Assembly (NCBI GenBank): GCA_965218295.1 | Contig: CBDCKN010000009.1 | Coordinates: 416,001 to 480,000, forward strand | Source of the DNA: Longimicrobiales bacterium | GTDB taxonomy: Bacteria; Gemmatimonadota; Gemmatimonadetes; Longimicrobiales; Gaopeijiaceae | Direction: 5' to 3' | Length of the DNA: 64,000 nt | Part shown: in pieces, positions 43,721 to 54,169 of the stretch | How positions within the stretch are numbered: the stretch's first letter is position 1 | Layout of the letters: the number at the start of each line of letters is the position of its first letter | The notes under the pieces: model-generated | Seen by the model: only the letters and a program-made list of their open reading frames with translations | Databases searched by the model: none | What the model was told of the DNA's origin: nothing | Position numbers and translations under genes: made by a program

Positions 43721-46075
43721 TCAGCCCCCCTGCTCCTGGGCGAGGAGATTGTTCTCCGTAACGTAGGCCGCCAGCTCACCCCTCGAGCCGAGCTCCAGCT
43801 TCCGGTACATGTTGGAGAGGTGCGTGCTTACGGTGCGCCGGGCGATGTCCAGCTCCTTGGCCACCGCCTTGTCGGACCTACCCATCGCCACGAGCCGGGC
43901 GATCTCGAGCTCACGCTGGGTGAGCCCTCCCGCCCCTACACCGGCCGACATGCTCGGCGGGCGCACATCCAACTCCCGGAACATGACCCTCGTCTTCTGC
44001 AGCTCACCCTCGGCCTTCATCTTCAGGAAGGCGCCGTGGACGTGCCTGAGCTCACGCAGAGCCCCCTCCCGGTCCCCCAGGTCCGCCAACCGCCCGGCGA
44101 GCTGCCGTCTCACGCGAGCCCCGTCGAAGATCATGGGCAGTGCCTCCAGCGCCTCCGCGGCTTCTCGCAGGAGAACGGTGGACCCCTCGATGTCACCGGC
44201 ATGCCACACCTTGATGCCCTCGAACGCCTTGCTCCAGGCCATGGCCAGCCGGTTGCCCATGCGCTTCCCGTATTTGTTCAGGCGTTGCTCGATGTGCGCC
44301 GCCCCGGGGGCATCGTCGAGCTGGAGGTACGCCTCCAAGATGAGGGGTAGGAGACGGTGGACCGCCCAGACGATGAAGCCGGAGTTCTCGGCGATGGCGA
44401 GTCCCTCCTCCCCCACCCGGATCACTTCCTCGTACTCACCCTCGGCCACGTGGTAGGCCGCCTTGCCCATATGCGCGGGAACCACCAGGTGCACCCGGAG
44501 CATATCACCCGCCGCCGCACCCGACCGCTCCCAGGCCTCGTCGACACACGCCTTACCCCGCTCGATCTCGCCCCGGCCGAGATAGATCAGGGAGAGGAAA
44601 ACCAGGAGACGGGGCAGCAGGGCCTCCTGACCGAGAACCTGGGCCTTGGCGACGGCCCGCTCTCCCAGGGCGATCCCCGTGTCCCAGCGGCCCGCGCTCG
44701 CCGCGTGCTCGATGAAGATCTCGGCGGTCCAGAGCTCCAGCACCGGAGATCGGAGCTCTTCTGCCAACTCCTGGCAGCGGTGGATGTGCTCCTCCATCGT
44801 CTCCGGGTAGCCCAAGAACCCCTCGACCACCGCGAGCTGCCAGTACACCCAGTAGGTGACGTGAGCGTCCCCGGCGGCCCGGGAGAGTGGGATGGCCTCA
44901 CGTCCGTGCTCGCGAACCTTCTCGGGATTTCCCAGATAGGTGTGGAGAATCATCAGCCCCCGGTGGACTCTGGCGAGGAGGCCGGGGTCGGAGACCGATT
45001 CGGCCAGCTCCAGCGCGGTTTCCATCTCCTCCTGGGCCTCCTTGGCCCGCCCCAAGGACTGCAATGCATTCCCCTTGTGAAGCCGCAGGTGCGCCTCGAC
45101 CACGGGATCTTTCGCCGCTACCGCTCTCTCCAGACCGAGCTCATACGCCGCCAGGGCATCGTCGTACTGCCCACGGAAGTAGGCGCCCTGCCCGATGCGG
45201 CCGTGGAGTCGGGCGGCCCGGGCGTCCTCTCCCCTCTCGAGGGTCAGAGCCAGCGCCACCGACCAGTGCTCAGCGGCCGCACCGTAGTCCCCGGAGCGTT
45301 GGAGCGCCCGGGCCAGATCCTCCCGCAAGGACAACACGTCCAGGTCCGCATCCTCGTCGCCGCCGTCCCTACCGTCGCCGCCACCACCGTCCCTAGTAAC
45401 GCGAGACAGGGCGTCACCCAGGAAGGCCACGGCCTCGCGATCGGCCCGGCGAGAGAGAAGTGGTGCGCCAACTGGTGCGTTCGGTCATCGAGTGCACTAC
45501 CGATTCCCCGCTCGAGCGCCTCTCCCACGGTACGGTGGAGGCTCCGGGCACGGGCGAGGCCGATCTCGGAGTAGAGGACTTCCTGGATGAGCGGGTGGGA
45601 GAAGCGATAAACGATGTCGCTCCCCTCGGCCGATTCCTCCACGAGCCGCTTCGCCCGCAGCTCGTCAATGCCGCCTAGGAGGGCGTCCTCCTCCAAATCC
45701 GCCACCGCTCCGAACAGCTCATGGGTCGCGCTCGTTCCTGCCACGGCCAGCACATGGGCCACCTGCCGGGCCGCTGGCGACAACTCGCCGATACGAGCGG
45801 CCACAGCCGCGCCCACCGAGTCCGGCAGGTCCAGGTCATCCACCCTCCCACCCCAGCCAGGTGCCGTCCCGGAGGTAGAGGCTTCCCGAATCGACGAGAG
45901 CCTTCAGGATCTCCTCGACGAAGTACGGATTACCTCCGGTCCGCCCGTGGATGCGCGCGGCCAGCCCGTCGGAGATGCCGGGCTCCACGTCGAAAACGCG
46001 CCGGATGAGCTCACCCGAAGCCTCCGCCGAGATGGGGCCGACGTCCAGGACCCGCGCGTTCTCTACCTCGTGGAT
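43721..46075 (-). pseudogene. large LuxR-family regulator (ATPase/TPR/HTH), 5'-truncated and frameshifted
   Basis: TGGNPYFVEE, LPDSV...RI, YRFSHPLIQEVLY, TPR-like helices, LTQRELEIARLVAMG HTH; no Walker A region present. Confidence 0.85.
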
Positions 46076-46086
46076 TGGAGGGACCG

Positions 46087-46527
46087 ATGAACGGCGTGAA
46101 AGTGACCAGTGCGATCGCGGCATTCGCGGTGATGTTCGTGCTGTCTTTTATCTGGCACGAAGTGCTGATGGGCGACTACTACGCGCAGATCCTCGCGAGC
46201 GTGGCGCGGGCCGAGCCGAACCTCGTGCTAATCGGTGCCGGGTATCTCATCACTGCGGTGGTCATGGCGTACGTTTACCCGATCGGATACAAGGGTGGCT
46301 CGGGGGTCGCTGAGGGACTCCGCTTCGGTGCCGTGATCGGGCTGTTGTGGTGGCTGCCGGCCAATGTCGTTCTCGCCGGCGCGTACGAGACCACGCTGAC
46401 TAGCGGTCTGGTCGACGGCGCCTGGCACATCGCAGAGGGAGCTGCCGGCGGGATCGTGATCGGCATGCTCTACGCCCGGGGAGCGGGAGGAACCGCGGCC
46501 GGATCCGCCGAGGCTGGAGCCGGCTGA
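46087..46527 (+). CDS. four-helix membrane protein, hypothetical
   Basis: GGAGG RBS; hydrophobic segments; 'EGLRFGAVIGLL'. Confidence 0.7.
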   Translation: MNGVKVTSAIAAFAVMFVLSFIWHEVLMGDYYAQILASVARAEPNLVLIGAGYLITAVVMAYVYPIGYKGGSGVAEGLRFGAVIGLLWWLPANVVLAGAYETTLTSGLVDGAWHIAEGAAGGIVIGMLYARGAGGTAAGSAEAGAG

Positions 46528-46682
46528 CGCGTTGGTGGCGGGACCGCCGGGAGGTCCAGGTTCGTTGCATGATCCCGACCGGAGTGGGTTATTCGCCGGC
46601 ATGAGTCTCACACCCTAATAGCCCCTCCATCGGCGAGCCTGGGGAGCTCGTCCAGCTCGTGGTCTTCGACCATGCTGTTGCC

Positions 46683-47696
46683 ATGAAGGCCTACCTCCTG
46701 AACCGCCACGGCTTGCCCGACGTCCTCCGACCCACGGAGCTGCCCGATCCCACCCCCGGACCGGGTCAGGTGGCCGTGCGGGTAGAGGCCGTGGGCATCA
46801 ACTACGCTGAGGTCCTTTCCCGGAAGGGCCTGTACGGCTGGGCCCCCGACCTGCCCTACGTCCTGGGGATGGAGGCCACGGGACGCATCGATTCGGTGGG
46901 CGACGGCGTCGAGCGCCGACCCGGCGAAGCCGTCGTCGTAGGGATGCAGCACGGAGCCTACGCCGAGCGGCTGGTGGTGGACGAATCCAAGGCCTGGCCG
47001 GCGGTGGAAGGGTTCAGCGTGGAGGAGAACGCCGCCTTTGGCGTCAACTACGCCACGGCGTGGGTGAGCCTCGTGGAGATGGGCCGACTCCGGGCCGGCG
47101 ACCGGGTCCTCATCTCCCCGGCGGGTGGCGGAGTGGGCACGGCCGCGGTGCAGATCGCTCACCACTTCGGCTGCTACGTGGTGGGCGCGGCAGGCGCCGA
47201 CCCCAAGCTGGAGCGGATCCGGGAGCTAGGCGCCGACGAGACCGTCAACTACCGACGCCCCGGCTGGCAGAAGGCCCTGGAGGATGCCGCCGGCGCGGAG
47301 GGCATCGACATCGCCTTCGACATGGTAGGCGCCGAGGTCTTCGCCGCCGCCAAGGGCGTGCTGGCTCCCTTCGGCCACGTGGTGGTGGGCGGGTATGCGG
47401 CCCTGGACTACTCCCTCTGGAACCCGTTGTCCTGGTGGCGTACGTGGCAGGGCAAGCCCCGGATGAGCCTGGAGGAGATGTACACGAACGCCCGGGGGAT
47501 GTCCTCGGCCCATCTCGGCTACCTGCTCCCCGCCTCCCGGCGGATGCGGGCCACCTGGGACGAGGTGACGGCCTTCTGCATGGAGCATGGGATCCGGCCT
47601 CAGGTGGGCCACGTCTTCGGCTTCGACGAGGCGGCCCGGGCCCATCGTCTCATCGAGTCCCGGGAGAGCTACGGGAAGGTGGTGCTGCGGGTCTGA
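46683..47696 (+). CDS. NAD(P)H:quinone oxidoreductase / MDR-family dehydrogenase
   Basis: GINYAE...GLY, LGMEATG, AGGGVGTAAVQ, GKVVL. Confidence 0.9.
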   Translation: MKAYLLNRHGLPDVLRPTELPDPTPGPGQVAVRVEAVGINYAEVLSRKGLYGWAPDLPYVLGMEATGRIDSVGDGVERRPGEAVVVGMQHGAYAERLVVDESKAWPAVEGFSVEENAAFGVNYATAWVSLVEMGRLRAGDRVLISPAGGGVGTAAVQIAHHFGCYVVGAAGADPKLERIRELGADETVNYRRPGWQKALEDAAGAEGIDIAFDMVGAEVFAAAKGVLAPFGHVVVGGYAALDYSLWNPLSWWRTWQGKPRMSLEEMYTNARGMSSAHLGYLLPASRRMRATWDEVTAFCMEHGIRPQVGHVFGFDEAARAHRLIESRESYGKVVLRV

Positions 47697-47751
47697 GGCG
47701 TGTGACGTCGATCCCATGGCGGTGTGGGTCGTGCGCGTACATCTTCTTGCC

Positions 47752-48522
47752 ATGATGCCCCGACTGGCTCGTCGACTCGGGAGCGCGCTGTGCTGCGCGT
47801 TTGGCGTCTCGCTCGCGGCGTGCGCCGCCGGCGCACGGCCGACGACACCGGCACCGACGCCCGACACGGTGGTGGTCGTCGACACGGTGGTGGTTCGCGT
47901 GGGACCGGATCGCGGTCCGGAGCTCGAACAGCGCGCCGCCACCCTCCAGCTCCAACTCTTGGAACGCGCCGCCCAGGTCGAAGACCTCCAACGTCAGCTC
48001 GAAGCGGCGCGACAAGAGATCGTGCGCGCAATGGCACGATTGCAGACGTTGGCCAGTCGTGCGGAAGCGGCGTCGGTGATGGCGGAGGCGGAGATCGGGT
48101 TGGAGGCCCTAACCAGAGCTGCGGGAGATGAGGAAGTGCCCGAGGCCGCCCAGGCGCGGCACCTCCTGGTACTCAGCACGACCGAGTTCGCCGATGAGAA
48201 CTACGGCGGTGCGCTCTACCTTGCGAGCCAGGCCCGCAGGGTGGCCCGCGCGGGCGAGGTCCGGCTCACCATCGGTGAGCGCGGGGACCGGCAGCCCGGG
48301 GAAGTGCTGTTCGCGCTTCCGTTGCCGCTCGAAACGGCGCGGCGCAGCAACGTGCGCGCGGGGCCGGGGCTCGGGTTTCGTGTGCTCTTTACGCTCGATC
48401 CCGCGACGCACCTGGTGGGGCACTCGTATACGGAACAGTGGGTGCGGATCACCGACGACGAGGGACGCGATGGCTGGATCTTTCACAACCTCGTTACGAG
48501 GCCCCGCGAGGGTGGCCAGTAG
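47752..48522 (+). CDS. lipoprotein with coiled coil and C-terminal SH3b domain
   Basis: Lipobox LAAC; 'NVRAGPGLGF...WVRI...GRDGWI'. Confidence 0.75.
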   Translation: MMPRLARRLGSALCCAFGVSLAACAAGARPTTPAPTPDTVVVVDTVVVRVGPDRGPELEQRAATLQLQLLERAAQVEDLQRQLEAARQEIVRAMARLQTLASRAEAASVMAEAEIGLEALTRAAGDEEVPEAAQARHLLVLSTTEFADENYGGALYLASQARRVARAGEVRLTIGERGDRQPGEVLFALPLPLETARRSNVRAGPGLGFRVLFTLDPATHLVGHSYTEQWVRITDDEGRDGWIFHNLVTRPREGGQ

Positions 48523-50148
48523 CTACGACGAGTCCTCCTTCTTCTTCGTCTTCGTCTTCGTTGGTTTTACTGCGGCTGTCTGTCGGCGGCGACTCGAACG
48601 CACCACCCGGTCGCGTCCACCCCGCTTGGCCTGGTAGAGCGCCGCGTCTGCCGAAGCGATCAAGGACTCGGGTGAGTCCCTGTCGGTGGGAAACTCGGCG
48701 ACGCCGGTGCTCAGTGTCAGCGTGACCGACTGCTCCCCGACGGCCACACCGCGCTTGGCCAGCCGCTCATGGATTCGCTCGGCTGCCCTGACCGCGCCGT
48801 CGATGCCCGTTTCCGGCAGCACGACCAGGAATTCTTCCCCTCCGTAGCGCGCGACGCGATCGATCCCGCGCGTCGCCTCCTGCAGGATCTCTGCAACGGC
48901 CTTGAGGGCCTCGTCTCCCGCGATGTGGCCGTGCGTGTCGTTGAACTTCTTGAAACGGTCGATATCCGCCATGAGGATCGCGAACGGCGCTTTCGCGCGG
49001 CTCGCGCGGCCCATTTCGCTCTCCAGCGTCTCCATCAGGTGCCGGCGGTTCGATATCCCGGTGAGCGGGTCGGTCACCACCAGGTGCTCGAGCTGCTGCC
49101 GTCCTTCGCGCAGGCGGTACACCATCCCGTTGAACACTTCGGTGAGGTACCCGACCTCACCCTTGCCCACGGGCAGGTCCACCGCGAGGTCACCCGCGGC
49201 AACTTCCCGGGCACCCGCCGTCAGCCAATCCAGCGGGCGCACGATCAGGAGGCCCAAACGGTACGCGATGAAGCCGACCACGACCAGGAGCCCCATGACA
49301 AGAAGCGCCGTTACGTCGCGCAGCTGCACGATCTGAGCGTAGGCCTCCTTCGCCGGGATCTCCGCCACGACCGCCCAATCCAACCGCGGAATCCGCTTCA
49401 AGGTGCCGATGACCTCGTTTCCATCACGATCGGCGTAAGTGACGGGACTGCCCTCGCTCCCGAACAGGAGTTCCGTCGTGGCGGACGCGAGCTTCCGCTC
49501 GGCGAACGGCCGCGCGTCGCCGCCTGAGCTGACGATCGCGGCCCCGTCCGGCGCGATCACGTACAAGTTGCCCGATTCGCCCGGGGCGAAGACCAGCAGG
49601 ATGGTCAGGACGGCCCGGTACGTGACGTTGGCGACGAGCGCGCCTACGAAGGTGCGGTCTGCTGCGGTGACCGGGACGGCAACGGTCATGAGCGGTTGGC
49701 CGAGCTGCTCGTCCCAGTACGCGTCCCCAATTACCGCCTGGTCTGCCGCCACGCGGTCGAGCCAGCCGGGTGGGAGATGAACGTCGCCGGGGCGCTCGGC
49801 GCTCGTTGCGAGCCGCTGGCCCTGCCGGTCGATGACGAGCAACTCGTTGTAGTCCGGGAACCGCTCCCCGACCGACGTGAGGTAACCGTTGAGCCGAGTG
49901 CCCGCTTGACCGCCGCCATCCGTCCGTCGCGCTCGCTCGATGTTCTCGGTTATCTCGTAGGAGCTCGCGAAGACCCGGACGTCGTAGAGCCGCTCCTTGA
50001 GCCAGAGGTCGATCTCGCGCGCGGTCTGCGCACTCACGCTCTGCAGCTCTTCGTTGATCTTGTCGGTCAGGGCGGCGCGGTTCTGGATGTACGAGATCCA
50101 GGCCATCCCCAGGGACGGGATCAGCGTGGCCAGCAAGGCGAGGCCCAC
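48523..50148 (-). CDS. diguanylate cyclase with Cache sensor and HAMP domains (true start probably further upstream)
   Basis: DPLTGISNRR, DIDRFKKFNDTHGH, RYGGEEF; two TM helices flanking the sensor domain. Confidence 0.92.
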   Translation of the reverse strand: MGLALLATLIPSLGMAWISYIQNRAALTDKINEELQSVSAQTAREIDLWLKERLYDVRVFASSYEITENIERARRTDGGGQAGTRLNGYLTSVGERFPDYNELLVIDRQGQRLATSAERPGDVHLPPGWLDRVAADQAVIGDAYWDEQLGQPLMTVAVPVTAADRTFVGALVANVTYRAVLTILLVFAPGESGNLYVIAPDGAAIVSSGGDARPFAERKLASATTELLFGSEGSPVTYADRDGNEVIGTLKRIPRLDWAVVAEIPAKEAYAQIVQLRDVTALLVMGLLVVVGFIAYRLGLLIVRPLDWLTAGAREVAAGDLAVDLPVGKGEVGYLTEVFNGMVYRLREGRQQLEHLVVTDPLTGISNRRHLMETLESEMGRASRAKAPFAILMADIDRFKKFNDTHGHIAGDEALKAVAEILQEATRGIDRVARYGGEEFLVVLPETGIDGAVRAAERIHERLAKRGVAVGEQSVTLTLSTGVAEFPTDRDSPESLIASADAALYQAKRGGRDRVVRSSRRRQTAAVKPTKTKTKKKEDSS

Positions 50149-50456
50149 GATCCGGCTCTTGATGCTCTCCAGCCGGAATACCTTAGGGATCTTGGTCGAC
50201 GACGGCCGTGCCGATGGGTAACGTGCGTTCGGGCATTCTCAAAAGATAGGTCTCGCGGGAACGACGCGCTTGCGACAAGCCACGTCGTGCTCGAGTGCCC
50301 GGCGACTGCAGCTCGAGCTTCGCCACAACCTCCGGCCATCCTCAAAATCCCCCAGAAGCCCGAAAAGCTATTCCAACCCTTGGCACAGGTGGCGTGCGGC
50401 TGATCGTCGGAATCCTGAGTGACAAATGCCATACTAACGGCGAGCGGAGCTGTCAG

Positions 50457-51770
50457 CTACACGTCATTGGTCCGCGCTAGCGTCTCCGGCATTCGCTTCG
50501 CCACGACAAGCCCGGACAGCCCCGTGAGGATCGCCACCGCCATGATCGCAGCGCGCATCCCGAAGAGGTCGGCCAACGTGCCCGCCATCAACCCGCCTAC
50601 GGCGTAGCCGCTGTCGCGCCAGAGCCGGTACACCCCGACGGCCGAACCGCGCCAGCTTGGATGGGCGACGTCCGCGACGGAGGCTAGTAGTGTCGGATAC
50701 ACCATGGCCGTGCCGACTCCGAGCAGCGCGGAAGCGCCGACCCAGCCACCGAATCCATCCAGCATCGCGATGGCCGCCAGCGCCGCCGCCTGGACAAGCA
50801 TCCCTCCGGAGATCAGCCACTTACGGCCCACCCGGTCCGACCACGCTCCGGTCCAGAGCTGGACGATCCCCCACGTGAAGGGATAGGCGAACGTCAGGAC
50901 TCCGATGTTCGCGACGCCCAATCCAGACGCGGCGAAGAAAAGCGGAAACAGCCCCCAAGCGAGTCCGTCGTTCAGGTTGTTGATCAGCCCGGCATGGCTC
51001 GCGCTGGACAGCGCGGGATCCCTCCAACTCACCATCGCGAAGATTTCCCGAGCACTGAGTACGGCGGGGCCAGGAGGAGAGGGTGCGAGGGTTGGGCCAG
51101 ACCCGGCCCCGCCGTCCGCCTGCTTCGCCTCCAACGCGCTGTGGCCCTGCGTCTCCCTCACGAAGAGGACGGACAATCCCAGGCCGAGCGCTACGAAACC
51201 GAGCCCGAGATAGAAGGGCTCCGGCCGAAGCCCGTACGCCGCGGCAACGTATCCGGTCCCGAGCGCGGACAGGGCCACGGCAACGTAGCCGGCGAATTCG
51301 TTGAGACCCATGGCGAGGCCCCGCTGCCGCGGGCCCGCCAGATCGATCTTCATGATGACGGTCGTGGACCACGCCAGCCCCTGGTTGATTCCGAGAAGCA
51401 CGTTGGCGGCGACCACCCAGGCCCACGATGGTGCGCACATGATCATGAGCGGCACCGGAATTCCCACACACCAGCCGATCACCAGGATGGGCTTCCGTCC
51501 GTAGAGATCTCCCAGCCGCCCCGCGAAGAAATTCGTCGCGGCCTTTACCAGCCCGAAGGAGACCAGGAACGAGAGAACCACCGTACTGGACGCCAGCCCG
51601 AACTCCTCTTCGGCCAGGAGGGGCAGCACGGTGCGTTCGAGCCCGACCATGGCGCCCACGAACCCGTTGATGAGCACCAGGAGGCTGAACTGTTGCCAAT
51701 TCGCGCCCAGCCCAAGCTCGACGGAAGCCGATGGGGGCGCCGCCGGCTCACCGCCCAGGTCGCTCGGCAC
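50457..51770 (-). CDS. MFS transporter
   Basis: GRLGDLYGRK and WSDRVGRK motif A, multiple TM helices. Start placed at GTG 51770 because the longer ORF begins inside a repeat. Confidence 0.9.
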   Translation of the reverse strand: MPSDLGGEPAAPPSASVELGLGANWQQFSLLVLINGFVGAMVGLERTVLPLLAEEEFGLASSTVVLSFLVSFGLVKAATNFFAGRLGDLYGRKPILVIGWCVGIPVPLMIMCAPSWAWVVAANVLLGINQGLAWSTTVIMKIDLAGPRQRGLAMGLNEFAGYVAVALSALGTGYVAAAYGLRPEPFYLGLGFVALGLGLSVLFVRETQGHSALEAKQADGGAGSGPTLAPSPPGPAVLSAREIFAMVSWRDPALSSASHAGLINNLNDGLAWGLFPLFFAASGLGVANIGVLTFAYPFTWGIVQLWTGAWSDRVGRKWLISGGMLVQAAALAAIAMLDGFGGWVGASALLGVGTAMVYPTLLASVADVAHPSWRGSAVGVYRLWRDSGYAVGGLMAGTLADLFGMRAAIMAVAILTGLSGLVVAKRMPETLARTNDV

Positions 51771-51937
51771 TAGTGTCCCGTTACCAAAGTGTCTCGGCCA
51801 GTCGAGGGCACGGTGCATCCGTGGGCTCGGCGTTGGAACTCCTTACCGTAGCTTGCGCTACGCCGCGTCGTCCCGCCTTGACCCCACGGCGCCCCGACCC
51901 TCTTGGTGGCTCGCGAACTTCGGAAACGGAACACTAG
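51770..51937. repeat. CTAG-bounded miniature palindromic repeat, complete copy
   Basis: CTAGTGTCCCGTTACCAAAGT...ACTTCGGAAACGGAACACTAG; 21-bp terminal repeats with 3 mismatches. Confidence 0.88.
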
Positions 51938-51997
51938 GGGCTGGCGGGATCGACGCCGAAGTTCGTCACGCCTGGGCGGGACGGAGATCGAGATTCG

Positions 51998-52741
51998 TCA
52001 TACGTGGGCGGGATCGAGTCCGAGGTTCGTCGCCCGGATCCGTTCGGCGTGGAGCGGCGGTGCCGGGATATCTTCGAGCATGAGGCGGATGAACTCCTCC
52101 TCGTCCTCGAGCGCGAACACGCGGTTGAGCCGGCGCTCGAAGCCGATCGTCGAACTCGGGTTCCCGCTGAGTTCGCGACCGCACACCGACCCGGAGAACG
52201 CCCCGGGGTACACCCCAAGATGGTCGGGCAGTCTCCGTAGCTTCTCCGCGCTCCGGAAAAGCGCCCTCGCCCCCTCCTCGGCCGAGGTGGCCAATTCCGT
52301 CCGCCCCATATCCCCCACCATGAGCGTGTGGCCCGTCACCACGAGCCACGGCTCGTCGCCCCGCCGGTGGTCGGTCACCACCAAAGAGATATGCTCCGGC
52401 GTGTGCCCCGGCGTATGGAGCACCTCGACCTGCGTGTTCCCCATATCGAGGATCTCGCCATCCTCGACCCCCCGGAACGAATAGGCCGTCTCCGTACCGG
52501 CGAAAATCACATACTCGGCTCCGGTCGCCTGGGCGAGCTCCCGCCCGCTGGAGATGTGATCGGCATGCACATGGGTGTCGATCACGTAGCGGATCGACAG
52601 GTTGCCCGCCTCCGACTCCTTCAGGTAACGCCCGATGTCTCCGATGGGATCGACGACCGCCCCGATTTCCCTCGTCGGACATCCGAGAAGGTAGGAAGCG
52701 GCGATCACGGGTTCTCTGTCCAGATATTGGCGAAAAAGCAT
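51998..52741 (-). CDS. MBL-fold metallo-hydrolase, persulfide dioxygenase-like
   Basis: DTHVHADHISS, HTPGHTPEH, GSVCG, STIGFERR. Confidence 0.88.
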   Translation of the reverse strand: MLFRQYLDREPVIAASYLLGCPTREIGAVVDPIGDIGRYLKESEAGNLSIRYVIDTHVHADHISSGRELAQATGAEYVIFAGTETAYSFRGVEDGEILDMGNTQVEVLHTPGHTPEHISLVVTDHRRGDEPWLVVTGHTLMVGDMGRTELATSAEEGARALFRSAEKLRRLPDHLGVYPGAFSGSVCGRELSGNPSSTIGFERRLNRVFALEDEEEFIRLMLEDIPAPPLHAERIRATNLGLDPAHV

Positions 52742-52783
52742 CGTTACTGCCTCGATTCGTTGAGGATCAGGACTCTTGAATCG

Positions 52784-53459
52784 TCAAGGTGCGGCGCCTA
52801 CCGTCACGGGCAGGCCGCGGATGGTCCAATCAGGAATGCCTTCTTCCAGCCGCCGCGCTCGGAACCCGACCCTGCGGAGCGCCTCGACCGCGCGCACGGC
52901 GTAGATGCAATACGGACCTCGGCAATAGGCGACGATCTCTCCGTCGGACGGCAGCTCTGCCAAACGCTGTTGGATCTCACCCACCGGCATGGAAATCGCC
53001 CCCGGGGGATGTGTCCAGCCGCGTACTCATCCGGCGGACGTACATCGAGCACGGTCACTTCACCGGCACGCAACCGATCGAGGAGATCGGTGGAGTGAAA
53101 CCGGCTCCAGCAGGTCCGGATCATGGAAGTAGTCGTGGATGATCTCTCTCGCCTCGGCCAGTTGCCCACCTGCGATGGCCTGCAAGGACCGCACAAACTC
53201 GTGGACACGGAGGCTGGCGAGTCGGTAATAGACGTGGGCTCCCTCCTTGCGAGTGGACACGAGCGACGCGTGCCTAAGCCCCTTCAGGTGAGCGCTCGTA
53301 TTCCCGACCGTGAGCCCGGCCTGACGCGCGAGGGTCTCCACCGTCTTCTCCCCCTGCGCCAAGAGAATCCAGTAGGACGAGCCGAGGTCGACTCCCGACG
53401 GCCTTGCCCACGCGCGCAAAGTGCTCGAACAGCTCGAGCTTCGCGGCTTTGAGTTCCAT
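52784..53459 (-). pseudogene. ArsR/SmtB regulator fused to rhodanese, about three frameshifts
   Basis: 'LFEHFARVGKA', 'NTSAHLKGLR', 'VLDVRPPDEYAAGHIP' and 'IVAYCRGPYC' lie in successive frames. Confidence 0.85.
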
Positions 53460-53503
53460 GGTTCATCGCGCCTGAGGAGGTGGATCTGCTTATTGTTTCA
53501 AGA

Positions 53504-53515
53504 ATTCTATAGAAT
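53504..53515. promoter_or_regulatory. perfect palindrome ATTCTATAGAAT, candidate ArsR operator
   Basis: AT-rich palindrome about 45 bp upstream of the ArsR-rhodanese start. Confidence 0.45.
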
Positions 53516-53654
53516 ATTAGAACATGCGGCGCGATGCAAACCCCGTCTCCCTGAACCATCGCTTACTCCCGACCTGACCCCCCTTGCTCCACTCCGCCCC
53601 ATATTATACTATTCCATATAATACTGCCCAGTATCATATCCGGAGAGACATGTC

Positions 53655-54035
53655 GTGGAACACAATGACCGACGCGACGGAGAGCGGATCGAGGACTCGC
53701 TGCCCCTGAAGCCACAGTGGTTCCATATCCTCCTCGCGCTTTCCGAAAAGGCACGGCACGGCTCGGGAATCGTGCGCGCGGTGCTGGAGCAGACGGACGG
53801 GAAGCTGCGCCTATGGCCTGCCACGCTGTACGGCTCGCTGGAGGATGTCGCGGCCAAGGGTTGGATCTCGGAGCTGACCGAACCCGCTGAGCGGCCCAAG
53901 GGCGAGAGCGAGAAGAAGCGCTTCTACGGCATCACGACGTCGGGGGCTCGCATTCTGGCCGCCGAAGCCAACCGGCTTCAGTCACTCGCCAGCGTGGCCC
54001 TGGAGAGGGTGGCCTCGGGCGAAGCGGCCACATGA
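53655..54035 (+). CDS. PadR-family transcriptional regulator
   Basis: LPLKPQWFHILLAL...HG..I...PATLYGSL...RFYGIT..G. Confidence 0.85.
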   Translation: MEHNDRRDGERIEDSLPLKPQWFHILLALSEKARHGSGIVRAVLEQTDGKLRLWPATLYGSLEDVAAKGWISELTEPAERPKGESEKKRFYGITTSGARILAAEANRLQSLASVALERVASGEAAT

Positions 54036-54169
54036 TCCACCCGTTGGGCCGTTCGGTCTACCGGCTCCTCCTCCGACTCCTGGTGCCCGAGTTTCGGGCC
54101 AAGCACGGGGCCGAGATGGAGGTGTTGTTCTTCGAAGCCCCCCCGTCGCGCCGGAGGCGCCTCGCGTGA
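54032..54169 (+). pseudogene. N-terminal stub of a duplicated ABC permease
   Basis: Translates MIHPLGRSVYRLLLRLLVPEFRAKHGAEMEVLF...; ATGA-coupled to PadR; stops after 45 codons. Confidence 0.6.

Noticed and set aside
48535..48562. (CTT/CGT) low-complexity run
   Set aside because: It simply encodes the Lys/Thr-rich tail of the diguanylate cyclase.
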